A stretch of DNA of 64,000 nucleotides from Novakomyces olei (Eukaryota): NCBI GenBank assembly GCA_016906335.1, contig JADEYG010000004.1:1-64000 (forward strand). Direction: 5' to 3'. Under the pieces are notes generated by a model that was not told where the DNA came from, did no database searches, and was given only the letters and a program-made list of their open reading frames with translations. Every line of letters begins with the position of its first letter. Position 1 is the stretch's first letter. Made by a program: the position numbers and the translations under genes. Shown here piece after piece: positions 50,501 through 63,169 of this stretch.

Positions 50501-51812
50501 CAATGCCGGGTGTGATATAATATGAGCCCCACGGCTGTTGCAGAAAAACTTCCCTTTTCGTACACACATAGGGTTTCATAAATGTCGTAAGTATGAAGGG
50601 AACAAGCTTTCGGCTCTTCAAAAGATGGGCTGTGTAACGTCACATTACGATATACACATGGTGATTGCTTGCCGTTCTACCGCATCCTATGGGCGTTCTG
50701 CGAAAAGATACCAATTGCCAGATTGCCAGTGCAGACATTATGGGCTTTCTGATAGTTGAATGATATAATAGAGACTGGTAAGGGTAAAAATTTAATGGCA
50801 ATCAGCCATAGAAGCATTGGTTTACATGGATCATGTGTACACAGAATTAGTGGAGCAGGTCAATCACCGCGGATTTTATATAGCGGTTACGTATATACTT
50901 TTTGTAAATGCCCACCTGCAGGGACAGGCTGAGATGTGATTGGCCCCGAATGTGAAACATACAATTTGACAAAAACAGAATGGGGTAAACTCGGCACTAA
51001 TTCGGCACATGGCATCCCATTCTTTATAATATCCATCATTTTTGGCATCTGTGAATGAGGAGCTTTCAGGTGGCTACTGAACACGACGCTTGTTTGTTCA
51101 TACTCGAAAAATGATGAAATAAACAAGCGTTTTTAAATATTTATTCCTCAACTATTGATTGCAGGCAGAATGTAAAGCCCGTCATATCGCATCAAAACTT
51201 AAAAGTCCACAATAATCAAGTAATGTATCGTCAAGCCCGATATGCTTCGACTTATCAGCAAATTGATTTCAAGTGATTTTAATGTATAGAATTCGGTAAA
51301 ATCTGGCAATTATTCCTCATCAGTACTGGTGCTGCCAAGATTTTCCATTTCAACACGTGAATTGTACGCTACCAGTGATTAGGGTTAGGGTTAGTTCGTC
51401 GCTCCAAATGTCCAACAAGCCCTGAGGGTTAAGTGGCCTAGCTTATTGTCCTGGTGCTACCTTGTCTTCTGTTGTAAATATGCAAAGCCATTTAGAGCTC
51501 ATATCCATATGGCGCTCATTCCAGAAAGATGGGTAAAGTATTATAATTCATTTATAAATTATACAGATATATTATCCTGATGAATCGTTGCCATTAACGT
51601 TTCGTCCATTAAACGTGTTTAATGTACAAACAGCAAATGTACCACGAAAACTCTGGATAAAAGATTCAGGTAAGATGCACTTTATATATTATGCTGGTTC
51701 CACACAACATACCACACAACAGCAAAAGAAAAAAACAAAAGAAAAAAAAATGCATCCCTATACACCTTGCAGATCCTACATTGTTACCCAGCCAGTTCAC
51801 CCTACCCGCTCA

Positions 51813-54517
51813 TTATGCTGGCTGTGCTTGCGAAGCTTCCTGTGCCTCCACGCCAGATCCTCGACAAAGCGGACAGGAATTTCGGCCCGTAGTTAGCCAC
51901 TGTAATTAGCATTAGACGAGATGATTATATAATAAACCATATTCACATAATACGCTCATACCTGATCAACACAATCCTTGTGAAAGAAATGGCCACATGA
52001 TTTCAATCGACGGCCCTCTGCCCCCAATTCCAAGTCTTCCAAGCATACAAGGCACCGATTCCCCAAGGCAGAATGCGTTTCATGTACAACTTCAACACCC
52101 CCAGCTGCTGCAACTTCTTCCTGAGAAGCAACAGGCGGCTTAACCGATCCTAACAAGGCAGAGAGTGTCAGCATATCCTCATACGTAGGCGAGTCTGTAA
52201 ATAAAGACGGTGTCGTCAAGATCGGATGGTTCTCTGGGTAATTTCCGCCCAAAACATATATAATCCATGAACGTGACTGCCTTTCTCCGGCTTCTTCGGC
52301 CGAGGGCAAAAGCTCATTGTTTTCTTCAGCATTGCTGGTAGCGTTACGCACGCGTCCAAGACCTGAATCGCTGCCCTGACTAGCGTGGGAGCTGCGGGCG
52401 GACAGTGCTGAATCGTCCAAAGACTGATTACGAGTAGTATCATTTGTATTATTACTGTAATTGTTAAAACCAGTCGAACTTTCCCAGTCGCTTTCTTCCG
52501 CAGTAATTGCCCTCAACAATCGGCTTCGTACATCTTGCTCGTACTCTCCTTCTCCTTGTATTGTTCCTTGTTCTTGTCTTTCTCCTCCGTCTTGTCTTCC
52601 AACCTGCTCCGTCTCCCGACGGCGGCTTGACAATGAAGAAACATCATTACTACGTCGCCATCTCTGACGCTGTCGAAGGCCGTCTAATCCTTCTCGCAGC
52701 AACGGGAAAGCGTCTACCAGTGAAGAACTGCGATCACCACCAACAGAACCAGCACGACTACTATGGCGCCTTTCTTCTGAAGATGCCTGTAGTCCTGCTT
52801 CGGCAGCAAGAGAACTATCATGTTCTCTGGCACTATTTCGTCTTGAAAAAGTCGACTGGCTAGTCGACTGGCCAGCCGATTGGCCAGCCGATTGGCCAGC
52901 CGACTGGCCAGCTGCTTGACGAGCTGATGATTGCTCAACTGGCTCCGGCCCAGTTCCAGACTCAATGGCTCTTATCCCCACGATTATAACTGGAATCATT
53001 GACGCTCCAGCTCCATTTGGCTCGTTTTCCTCACCACTGCTTGGAACTGCATGAGAATCAAACCTAAACATACGGAAATAATTCATAGAATCCCGCCCAC
53101 CAAATACTAATCTGCCTTCATCCCGGCCATTAGCGTCTCGGTACTCTAATCCCGCCGGGTCACTGTTCCGCTCTCTTTCTGCCACCTCTGTCGTATTTCT
53201 ATCTGCCGGCCGACCAAGTGCCGAACCTAATTGCCCGTTACGTAAAAATGTCAAAAACTCTTCAAACGATCCGTTTCCAAAAGACGAAAGCGCTCCTTCT
53301 CCACTTCTGTTGCTTTCAGCTGTGCCCACGTCACGTGCCTGTTGAATAGCAGAGGCAGCGTCAGCATTTCCACCAATAAGAGAAGCCACAGTTGCTCCAG
53401 CGGCGACAGATAAGAGCCGGGAAAGCATTGTGCTTTGATCTTCGCCTTCACGAGGCTCAAAAGAGTCTAGAGCATCGCGTTGTAGCGTATTGTTGGAGCT
53501 ATTATTACTCAAGACCCGGTTTCGGGAAGAAGATGAAGAGGAAGCAGAATTTGAAGGCGATCTTGACGTTCGAGACCGTCGAAGCCGTGAGGCCGACTGC
53601 ATGCCGCTGATACGCGGCGGACGGCCGGCAATTATGGGCCCATTGACGTCCTCGCTTCGACTATTTCCGGCGTCATAGGCTCTCGGCGAATAATCGCCCG
53701 ACAATTGCCGAGGCAGACGCGTTGCTGATGTTGTGCGCAACATCGATTGCGCCAACTGTCGCCCGGGCAACGGAGGAGGAGTCACGTGCAGCTGTTCAGA
53801 GTTTACGCGCCTGTCAGATAGTAGCGGACGACGCTGACGTAACTCGGACAGGGACCCCGTAGATGATCGGGTGAGTCGGCCGATGGCAGCAGCAGCCACA
53901 CTGTTGGTACGATTACCAGACAGCGATGTGCCTGTTAATTCCGACCGCTGAGCCGGTTGGTGAGCCGATCGCTGAGCCGATTGCTGAGCCGGTTGGTGAG
54001 CCGATTGGTGAGCCGGTTGCTGATTGGCAAAGGACGGATGCCTACTATCACGTTGACGAGACTGGGCTCTGTCGTTTGCACCAAAAGCCCCATTAAGATT
54101 GGCACTGCTCCCACGTTCTGACGGCCGTAAGGAGGCAATAAATCTGTTCCATCGATTACTACGTGGCTGTGAAAAAGTGGAGCCATTTAGAGCAGAGTCA
54201 TTAGTCACAGGAGGACTTGCTGCAGTACTTGTTGCAGTGCTGCTTGTCACGGGACTAGACTCTCCACGCAAACAGGGCCTTCGGCTCTGGCCAGTCTCGC
54301 TCGGTGCCGGAGACCGGCCGCGCCTTTTACGTCCCGAAATACGTCGCAGAGAATTAAGTGTACTTGAGCTGGACGGAGATTCTTCATGGGCGCTCGACGA
54401 GGGACTGTGGGTATTGGCGCAAGTACGCGAGGCCGTACGCTTTGATCTTTCTCCGCTTTCGTGGCTCGCACAAGTATCGGCAGGAGCAGTAGACGTTCTC
54501 GACATTACACTGCCCAT
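51813..54517 (-). CDS. RING-H2 E3 ubiquitin ligase-like protein with a long disordered N-terminus
   Basis: SWIIYVLGGNYPENHPIL..PTYEDM; CLVCLED..CGHFFHKDCVDQ, small intron (~51900-51961), WLTTGRNSCPLCR. Confidence 0.88.
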
Positions 54518-54834
54518 AGCTGCCTCGGATGCCGTGCGGCAGGATAAAATTCCGCCCAAACACCCAAGTCAGCTAATCAGCAGTTCAGATTCGTGTACGT
54601 TTGCCGCCGCCCTTTACCTATCGTTTCGTCTTTTTGCTTCCAGTTCTTTTGAGTTTCCTTGATCTTTTGGTTGCTGCCTCTGTCCCAACCTTCCACAGAT
54701 CCTGCGTCAAGATTAGACTACTAGAAAAGATTTGTTTAGACTAGTAGAAAAGGTCTGTTTAGACTACTAGAAAAGGCTTGTTTAGAAAGGGCTTGCTTCA
54801 GTCTCGAGCAAGACGGACACGATCAAAGATCAAG

Positions 54835-55052
54835 ACAGTATAGCCAAAAAGTATAGCCAAAAAGTATAGCCAAAAAGCATAGCAAAAAGCATAGCAAAAA
54901 GTATAGCAAAAAGTATAACAAAAAGTATAACAAAAAGTATAACAAAAAGTATAACAAAAAGAATAGCAAAAAGTATAGTCAAAAAGTACAGTCAAAAAGT
55001 ACAGTCAAAAAGCACAGTCAAAAAGTACAGTCAAAAAGTACAGTCAAAAAGT
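54835..55052. repeat. 11-12-bp tandem repeat (AAAAAGTATAGC / AAAAAGTACAGTC)
   Basis: About 18 degenerate copies. Confidence 0.9.
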
Positions 55053-55827
55053 ATGCGTACCGAATATAAACCAAAGCGGCAAAGAGTCGGGCGAGTCACA
55101 AACCCCTTTGACCAGCGAGTATGCCGGAAACAGCAGTAGCAACGGTACACGCACGACCGGAATCACGTAGAACCGAGTTTAAAATCCGCTTTCCGGGCAC
55201 GTAAGACTGCGTACCGCGACGCCAAACAGACCTTTCCGATATTTACTGTGCGGATTTTTGCACAAGTAAGCACGTGCTGTACGGCAGTTCGTGCCGAAAA
55301 CTTGCCAAGCAAGTTTCTGCGGCCACAAACGAGCCGTTGCTCGTTAGTATGCCGTTGAATCGTGTAGCGTGTGCTTTGATATATGCGTGATAAAGAATGG
55401 TATACGCATATATTAGTAATATATGCAACAATCATTGCGTAGAAACTATGGATTTATTTACCATGATACTATTGTCTATGATACTCTTGTACTATGATTT
55501 TCTTGTACTATGATTTTCTTGTACTTTGATTGGTATTCAGATTGATTACTATTGTCATTGCCATGGCCATTGCCATTATTATTTCTAATAATAAACCATT
55601 AATATTGTTATCGGAATATATGGATATATATATATACTGACGTTCAAACATTAGTGTATTGTTGAAATAAATTTTATGGATACATTAATAATATTTATAT
55701 TATTTATTTCTAAATATTAATTCGCAGATCAAACTAGCTGGAAATATTGCGATAATAAATTATTTTAATGGCAGACGGTTGCGCTCATGTTTGATCGCAG
55801 AGTACGCATCGTCTCGTCGAATCCACG

Positions 55828-57756
55828 ATGGAAACGCCAGGCAAAGCTTATGAGGCGCTAGTCACGCTTTTAAAAGCCGATAATCGGACTCGTGGCGGGT
55901 CTTTTTCTCGAAAGAAACGGAAATTGCAGGAGGCTGATTCACTAGCAAAGGCTGATAACGATACGAGAAAAGATTCAAAAGGCAACGAAGCGGCCGCTGA
56001 AGAGTTTGATGAATCCGAGTTTGAGTCAGGCCATGATTCAACAGAGGTCGATCCTTTTACTGTACATTTTGCTCGGCCTGATAAAGAAGCCCTTTCAATA
56101 CTAACCAGGATATACTCACAGCCAGATCTCAAGTTGGAGTCTAAATTGTGCTCTAGCTCCATTGCTCAAGGCTCAATACAATTGTACCACTATACGGCAA
56201 AGGATTGTAACGTATCCCTGCAACAGCCGCCTCTTGTCTCCTGCCCCGAGATATGGAGATCATTGAAAGCCAAAGTACGGGAGTCTGTATCGAAAAGGCA
56301 GCGACGTGCACTTTTCTCTGGCGAGCTTGGTGAAAAGTGTAGAGCTATTTTCTCTTACTGCGATTTTCTCGACGTCTCCAGATTGCCTCAGGACAAGGTA
56401 TACCCTGCCATACTGGCCTTGCATACTGTAAACCACGTGCTAAAAGGCCGTGATATTGTTCTTAAAAACAATGCCCGACTAGCGGCTTCACCGGCCTCAG
56501 ACTTGGAATGCCGAGATCAGGGGTTTACACGGCCCCGAGTCTTGGTATTGTGCCCAACACGTGATTACTGTTTGCGCATTGTCAACCATATCATAGCCTT
56601 TTCAGGGACACAACAGCAGGAGAATTTAAAGCGGTTTCGCAATGAATTTTCCATTGAACAAGAGGTCATTTCTGCCTCCAAACCGGATGATCATCGCGCC
56701 TTGTTCAGTGGGAACACAGACGACTCGTTTCGTTTAGGCCTAAAATTCACTAGAAAATCCCTGAAATTCTATTCAAAATTCAATAACTCTGACGTCATTT
56801 TGTGTAGTCCGCTGGGTTTGCGTACGGCGCTTGAGGCAAATGAAAAGAAGCCCGGCAACTTTGATGTACTTTGCTCTATCGAAGTCCTTATTATCGATCA
56901 GGCGGATGCCCTGCTAATGCAGAATTTTGATCATGTCGACTACATTATGCAGCATTTGAATCATTTGCCACGAGAAGCTTCCGAAACAGATTTCAGTCGG
57001 GTCCGTGAATATTTGCTTGATGAAAATGCAAAATATCTTCGACAGACAATCGTTTCGTCTGCCTTTAATTTCCCAGAGATCTATTCAATGTTCAACCACG
57101 ACCTGCGCAACGTTGCAGGCCAGATTCGAGTGAGGACAGAACATCACAGAGGTGTTTTGGATCTAGCAGGCAGTGTTGTTCGCGTGACTTTTGATCGAAT
57201 TCCTCCATTGAATAACCAAAAGAGTAGTATTTTACGCGACGAACCAGATGCGCGTTTCGAGTACTTTACGCGTACTGTTTTACCCGATATGATGCGGGTT
57301 CATGATACGGGTAATCTGATATACGTACCATCATATTTCGATTTTGTCAGGGTGCGAAACTATCTCGACTCTCAGCAGTTTAAGTACGGAGCCCTGCACG
57401 AATACGCAACAGCCTCAGAAATTTCAAGAGCCCGTTCGCTTTTCAGCAAAGGATCATTGCCCATTTTGCTGTACACTGAAAGACTGCAACACTTTCGAAG
57501 GTTTGCTATCAAGGATATTAAGCGTATATATTTCTACGGAGTTCCTCAGCATGCACAGTTTTTTGCTGAACTCTTAGAACTTTTGGTCAAGGAGACTCTG
57601 GCCGCAAAATCGACTACTGCTCTGGGTCCCAGTTCTACATCTTTTGTTAAAGTGACTTTTTCTGATCTGGATTCTATGGCTCTTGAGCGGATTGCTGGGT
57701 CTGAGAGGGCACGAATGATGGTGGCCAGCCACCACCAGCGGTTCGAATTTTCTTGA
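55828..57756 (+). CDS. UTP25: U3 snoRNP/SSU processome protein Utp25
   Basis: RDQGFTRPRVL, FSGNTDDSFRLG, SPLGLR, IIDQAD, YVPSYFDFVRVRNY, LLYTERLQHFRR. Confidence 0.95.
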   Translation: METPGKAYEALVTLLKADNRTRGGSFSRKKRKLQEADSLAKADNDTRKDSKGNEAAAEEFDESEFESGHDSTEVDPFTVHFARPDKEALSILTRIYSQPDLKLESKLCSSSIAQGSIQLYHYTAKDCNVSLQQPPLVSCPEIWRSLKAKVRESVSKRQRRALFSGELGEKCRAIFSYCDFLDVSRLPQDKVYPAILALHTVNHVLKGRDIVLKNNARLAASPASDLECRDQGFTRPRVLVLCPTRDYCLRIVNHIIAFSGTQQQENLKRFRNEFSIEQEVISASKPDDHRALFSGNTDDSFRLGLKFTRKSLKFYSKFNNSDVILCSPLGLRTALEANEKKPGNFDVLCSIEVLIIDQADALLMQNFDHVDYIMQHLNHLPREASETDFSRVREYLLDENAKYLRQTIVSSAFNFPEIYSMFNHDLRNVAGQIRVRTEHHRGVLDLAGSVVRVTFDRIPPLNNQKSSILRDEPDARFEYFTRTVLPDMMRVHDTGNLIYVPSYFDFVRVRNYLDSQQFKYGALHEYATASEISRARSLFSKGSLPILLYTERLQHFRRFAIKDIKRIYFYGVPQHAQFFAELLELLVKETLAAKSTTALGPSSTSFVKVTFSDLDSMALERIAGSERARMMVASHHQRFEFS

Positions 57757-58280
57757 GGAGCCGGAGATTTGAAGTATTGGCAATGTGGATTGTAAGCTCG
57801 AGGATGCAGAGATCATTGAAAGAGTATAGAATAATAAATGCACTCAGTTTGTAGATGGACGGGCTCATCTTTCCATGTTTCAGCTATAAGATGTAATTAA
57901 ATCCATTATTAATTAAATCAATTTTACGAGATTAATATTGTCAAATTGAACTTATTAGTAAATTGAATTATTTAGTTCATTATTCAAAAGCCTGTATTTC
58001 CAAGTCTGTATACTTAATATACAGCGTTGTGTCAATGACACGGGTATTCGATACACAAAAGAGTTAAACAATAACCCTTAAGCCAGAGTATTCTTTTTTA
58101 CAGTTTTGTAGGGTCAGAGGAACGATGTAGTCCGATTCATAATTCGGCGATACATATCCACCCAAATATCCACAAGAAGCTTAAACTTGAATCGATATTT
58201 TCAACACTTTCATAGTCAGCAGATCCAAATTGCGCTCAGCAACTTTTCACTGCAAAAATCTCTTTGAAAATTTTATCGAT

Positions 58281-60017
58281 TCACCGATCGATACGGCTAT
58301 AGTCCCATTCACGGTCAAGTTTCCAAGAAGGAGGGAGCGAGCACGGTCTGTTGTATTTACCAGTCCGTGCATTTTCAAACTCGCTATTTACAACAGCAGT
58401 AATAAACTTGGGCCAGCGCTGCCGAATAACGCTATAAACTGCCGTGAGCCTACTACGCTTTTTAAAGGAAAAAGCTCTAAACATCCAGACGGCTACTGGA
58501 AGCGAAATCTGCGTTTTATCGCTCGAGCAGAAAACGAAAAAAAGCTCTTCCAACTTTTCAACAGTCCAGTCTTTACAGTCTCCCTGTCGACTAACAGCAA
58601 AGGCCTTGAAAATGTACCCAAAACAAATCGATTGGCATTTACTGTCCAGCGATAATATTGTTTCCAGCATACAAAACGACAAGTCTACCCTCATTTGCCC
58701 AAGGGACACAGATTTCGTCAAAAGAGCACAGACTGTACCGTTCATAATTTTGCTGTACGTTAATTTGTCCAAGAATTGCTTTTCTACTGGCAGCAAAGAT
58801 TGCTTGTTTGAAACTGTGGGCGGCATGGAGCTCGAGAAAGCCGCATCAAAAACTCTATTGACCATTAAATGCTGGCCTTGCCGCATAGAAGTTCTTAATA
58901 CAGCAGCAACAACAACAGGATCAATTATCTCCTGGTCCCTGTACCCTGCAACTATCATCTTTAACATTTCCGTAAAATTGCCGTGGGCCCCGGCTAAGCT
59001 GGTCCTGAGTCTCCACGTCGTACGTTCCGCTCGTTCATTAACACCAACAGTGCGATCAAGTAGTGCCGAAATCTCATCAGCCAAATCGAGTTCGTTCGCA
59101 GAAATGGCAGTGTCTAATAGGGTATTCAGACAAACGCGATCGAGCGGGAAAAATGACTCCATTTCCCGAGCAAGCGTAAGAGCTTCCATAATGGCCACAT
59201 GTAGGTTTTCCCGGCCCAGAGGAGCTAGGCAAACGGCGTTTGTCCAGTGGAAACGAGAAAGTGGAAACCCGATTGCCCGTAAATCGTTGAATATTGCCAT
59301 AAAGCAGTTTCTCGCGTGACCTGATTTGCCCAATTGCAAATAATAATCCAGCAATTCTTTTATTTCCAATTCACTCAGGCACCTGACCGCGGGTGAAGGC
59401 AGACTGCAGTAAAGTCCAAAGATTAATTTCGCCTGTTGCGGGCCCTTGGGTTTACGTAGAAGGCCTCTTAGGCCACGAAGGTTCTTGCGTAGCCGGACGT
59501 CCAGTGTCGAAATAATTTTGTTTCCTTGTGCAACATGATCGGCTAGCGCTCTAGTCTTCACATCTACAGATCTAAGCAAGGTTGCTGCAAAGGGCTGATG
59601 TCTGTATACCGATTGCGGGACAGGACCGTTCGTTCCTGATTTTTGTACAGACAAATGACTTTTAAGAGCAGCGGTCCTTTGCTGCGTCAGTAATGTTTTG
59701 CTCCCAGCTCCGGTTGACCGGACAGTTTGTGCAGGCACATTGGATACTGGCACGGGTACCCGTGGGCGTTCAACAGGGCTATTGACTTGCTCGTGGCCAA
59801 ACGGCTTTTGATCTTTGGTCAAATCTTGCACGGGCAGATGCTGATGGTCCGCGCGGCGAACTGCATACTGGTGAACGCAGCGATTGGCGTGGTGAACAGT
59901 GCCTGCACAATTCAATGTCGCTGCGAGCCAGCGCCTCAATGCTTCCACACTGTTGCTGCTGCTGCCGGCTGTGATTGAAGCAATAGCAGTAGCTGCACTT
60001 GAGCGATACCGGCGCAT
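58281..60017 (-). CDS. Helical-repeat protein, possibly a mitochondrial PPR protein
   Basis: 578-aa ORF; Arg/Ser/Ala-rich N-terminus; PPR-like segments (DRVCLNTLLDTA, DPVVVAAVLRT). Function uncertain. Confidence 0.55.
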   Translation of the reverse strand: MRRYRSSAATAIASITAGSSSNSVEALRRWLAATLNCAGTVHHANRCVHQYAVRRADHQHLPVQDLTKDQKPFGHEQVNSPVERPRVPVPVSNVPAQTVRSTGAGSKTLLTQQRTAALKSHLSVQKSGTNGPVPQSVYRHQPFAATLLRSVDVKTRALADHVAQGNKIISTLDVRLRKNLRGLRGLLRKPKGPQQAKLIFGLYCSLPSPAVRCLSELEIKELLDYYLQLGKSGHARNCFMAIFNDLRAIGFPLSRFHWTNAVCLAPLGRENLHVAIMEALTLAREMESFFPLDRVCLNTLLDTAISANELDLADEISALLDRTVGVNERAERTTWRLRTSLAGAHGNFTEMLKMIVAGYRDQEIIDPVVVAAVLRTSMRQGQHLMVNRVFDAAFSSSMPPTVSNKQSLLPVEKQFLDKLTYSKIMNGTVCALLTKSVSLGQMRVDLSFCMLETILSLDSKCQSICFGYIFKAFAVSRQGDCKDWTVEKLEELFFVFCSSDKTQISLPVAVWMFRAFSFKKRSRLTAVYSVIRQRWPKFITAVVNSEFENARTGKYNRPCSLPPSWKLDREWDYSRIDR

Positions 60018-60186
60018 CGGTGTAGAAGCCCAGACAATTTGTGATTAGATTGATTTGATGCAATTAAAAGCATTTGTGACGTTTCCCCGATTGTTTAAGG
60101 CCATTGTACGCTTGTTCCGGTAGCGAGCTCGCAAACAGTCGTCCTAAATTTTATGCACAATGCCTATCAATTAATGATAAAAAAAA

Positions 60187-60417
<231 letters not shown>

Positions 60418-61084
60418 CATTTCAAATGTCTATATGGCTGGCGATGATACTAACCCTAACCCTGAATGGATCTACCTATGCGAGAATACGTTATACATTT
60501 ATTTAGTGAACAATTTCAATGAAATATGAGCTGAATAAAATATACAATATGATGAGTTCATCTTTTTGCATATTATTAAACAGTGCACGATGAAAGGTCT
60601 CGCGGGGATTATTTCGCCAACAGGGGCAAAACTATACGGGCGCCAGTGTTCTATCAACACTAAACATTCGCATGCATCTTCCACCTTGTAGCGTTTAGGG
60701 AACTGCACAGCTAGAAACGCTAGTAATAATTTCGTAGGATATGGCAGATTAATTTATCCAATTATCACGCGTTAATCAAGGATAAACTATATTGAAGATA
60801 TTCTTGAGTGGACTCGAGATCAATGGATTTCATCTTCCATTTTTAGATTAAGCCAGGGAAACACGTCGTTCCCGTACAAGCTTGGGCATGCACATCTGGT
60901 AAACTCCCATATTAATTAAGACCTTGTTTATTTGGCCGCGCACTGGTAGGTCCAACTTCGCGTAAGAACGCGTCAATACTAAGTCGCGAATATCGCGCGT
61001 AGTAACGCAGGCAGTCAAAACTAGGGTTTAGCCCTAACTTCGAAACTATAAAAGAAGCTTGTCCTCGCGCTCGCTTTTTTCCTC

Positions 61085-61240
61085 ACTTACCTAGCATGGA
61101 TGAATGGGGATCAGGAAGCTCGTTCATTCGGTTACCTGGACATCTTGCATTGCACGCGGCAAGACTGGGTGACCGCGGACTGGCTACGGTCAGGACCGGA
61201 TGCAACATTTTTGCTTTCGTGTATTAGTGCTATATGTACC
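61085..61240 (+). ncRNA. U1: U1 spliceosomal snRNA
   Basis: 5' ACTTACCT; stem I with GATCAGGAAG (U1-70K loop); stem II loop CATTGCAC (U1A site); stem III GACTGGCTACGGTC; Sm site ATTTTTG at ~61207; TATAAAA at ~61048. 3' end approximate. Confidence 0.92.
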
Positions 61241-61592
61241 CAAGCCTTTCCGGTTCTCGGGTCGTTGGTGCCATGCAAGACACTCTTCAGTGTCTTTTTG
61301 TCCTCTTTTACCCTCGTCATTTTTGTCGTGTGTGTGTTTCCTCAAGCCACGGCCATTGCGATGACGATAAAAGGGCGACGTGTTTGCATATATAGATAAT
61401 ATCAGGATTGCCTAAAAATAATATATCCAGTAATGTAGAAATATTGCTTTATTATAGATGCTCTTTTTAGTAGCTGGTTTTTTTGTCGCTTACGACATTT
61501 GACTGGCTTATGTATATACGAATACATTAATTGCCAATAATATATAGGTATTTATAATGGCTTTATAAAAGCTGCAAAATGTGACGACTAAA

Positions 61593-62892
61593 ATGGACGG
61601 TGACGACGTACCAGAGTTGGTTGATATTGTTACGGAGCGCGTAACAGAGGATCTGAGCGCACTAAAACCCCCAAATCAGGATATCAAAGTCCCAATCACC
61701 ATTGTCAGTGGTACGATTTGTGTTAACTTATAGTTTCATTTGATATTTAACAATATGAAGATTAATTCTGACTGGAAAAGGCTTCCTTGGTAGCGGGAAA
61801 ACCACGTTGTTAAACCACATTTTGACAAGTCAGCATGGCAAACGCATTGCTGTTATCCTCAACGAGTTTGGCGAATCTGTAGATATTGAAAAATCTTTAA
61901 CTGTGAGCAATGGAGGCGGTGAAGATGATCTTGTTCAAGAATGGCTAGAATTGCAAAATGGATGCTTGTGCTGCTCTGTCAAGGATAATGGAGTACGTGC
62001 AATCGAAGATTTGATGGAGAAAAAGGGAAGGTTTGATTATATTTTGTTAGAGACCAGTGGACTCGCGGACCCAGGTAAGGAAAAATAAAAGTATTAATTA
62101 AACTGAAGTTATTTTATCAATCAATCAATCAATTCATTTATTCATTTATTTGTTGATTCGGTGAAGACACAAGGCTTTTAATAACGTATAGGTCCTATAG
62201 CGAAAATGTTCTGGTTGGACGAGGCACTAGCCTCCGGAATTTATTTGGATGGAATTGTAACGGTTGTGGATACGCCTTTTGCAGCCTCAACGGCTGCTTA
62301 CGCGGAGACAAAAGAGCCACCCGAGCTCGATACTTGGCGGACACAGATATCTCATGCTGATGTAATTCTTTTAAACAAGCAAGACCTGATTCCGCCCGGC
62401 CAATTCAAGGCGGCCATGGACTTGGTGCAGAGAATAAATAGCGCGGCCACGCTGTACGCTGTAAAGTACTCTCAAGTCTCTGTGGATAAAATCTTGGATA
62501 TTCACGCTTTTGACGGAGAAGAAAACGACAAGTTTCTGGTAGAATCTCACCATAGCCATGCGGATGATATTTCTACAATTGTTATATCGCTGCCAGGACC
62601 ATTGAATGCTGAGCAAATGGAAGCATTAGACGTTTGGATCAGGAAGCTAGTTTGGGCTCAGACAGATCCTTCGCTTTGGGATACAGTGCAAACACCTCAG
62701 GTTCATAGGTGTAAGGGCTTTGTTAGGCGACAAAATGGACGTGCGCTCTTATTGCAGGGCGTACGTGATATCTACGAGCTGGTTCCAGTCGCTGAAGGGC
62801 AAGATTTACCTGGCCCGGGAAAGCTTGTTTTAATAGGGCGGAATATTGGAAATATTGGAGACACTGTGCCGCCAGTACTATGGCAGATTTGA
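61593..62892 (+). CDS. ZNG1: CobW/COG0523 zinc metallochaperone GTPase (3 exons)
   Basis: [33 protein letters not shown]; introns ~61711-61780 and ~62075-62191. Confidence 0.9.
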
Positions 62893-63169
62893 CGGCTTTC
62901 GTACAGTAGAATTGTTAAGCGTATGCTGGATAATGTAATAAAAAGCAACAAGCAACAAGTGGATAAATAAAGACAATAAAAATTGAAAATAGTAAATGAA
63001 AAACAAATGAATACCAATTTTACGAGTAAAAGGTTAAAACGATCTAGTAATAATATTATAGTAATATGTAAACAATTAATGTTTGTAAGGGAAATATAAA
63101 GGGTTTCAATCCACATTATACATAAGCGTACATCAATGACAAAGGCATAACGTATCCTCCGTCTGGGCA

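Noticed and set aside
58444-59319. 291-aa plus-strand ORF
   Set aside because: Antisense shadow of the 578-aa minus-strand gene; GTG start.
61100-61399. 99-aa ORF
   Set aside because: Overlaps the U1 snRNA, which explains the sequence better.
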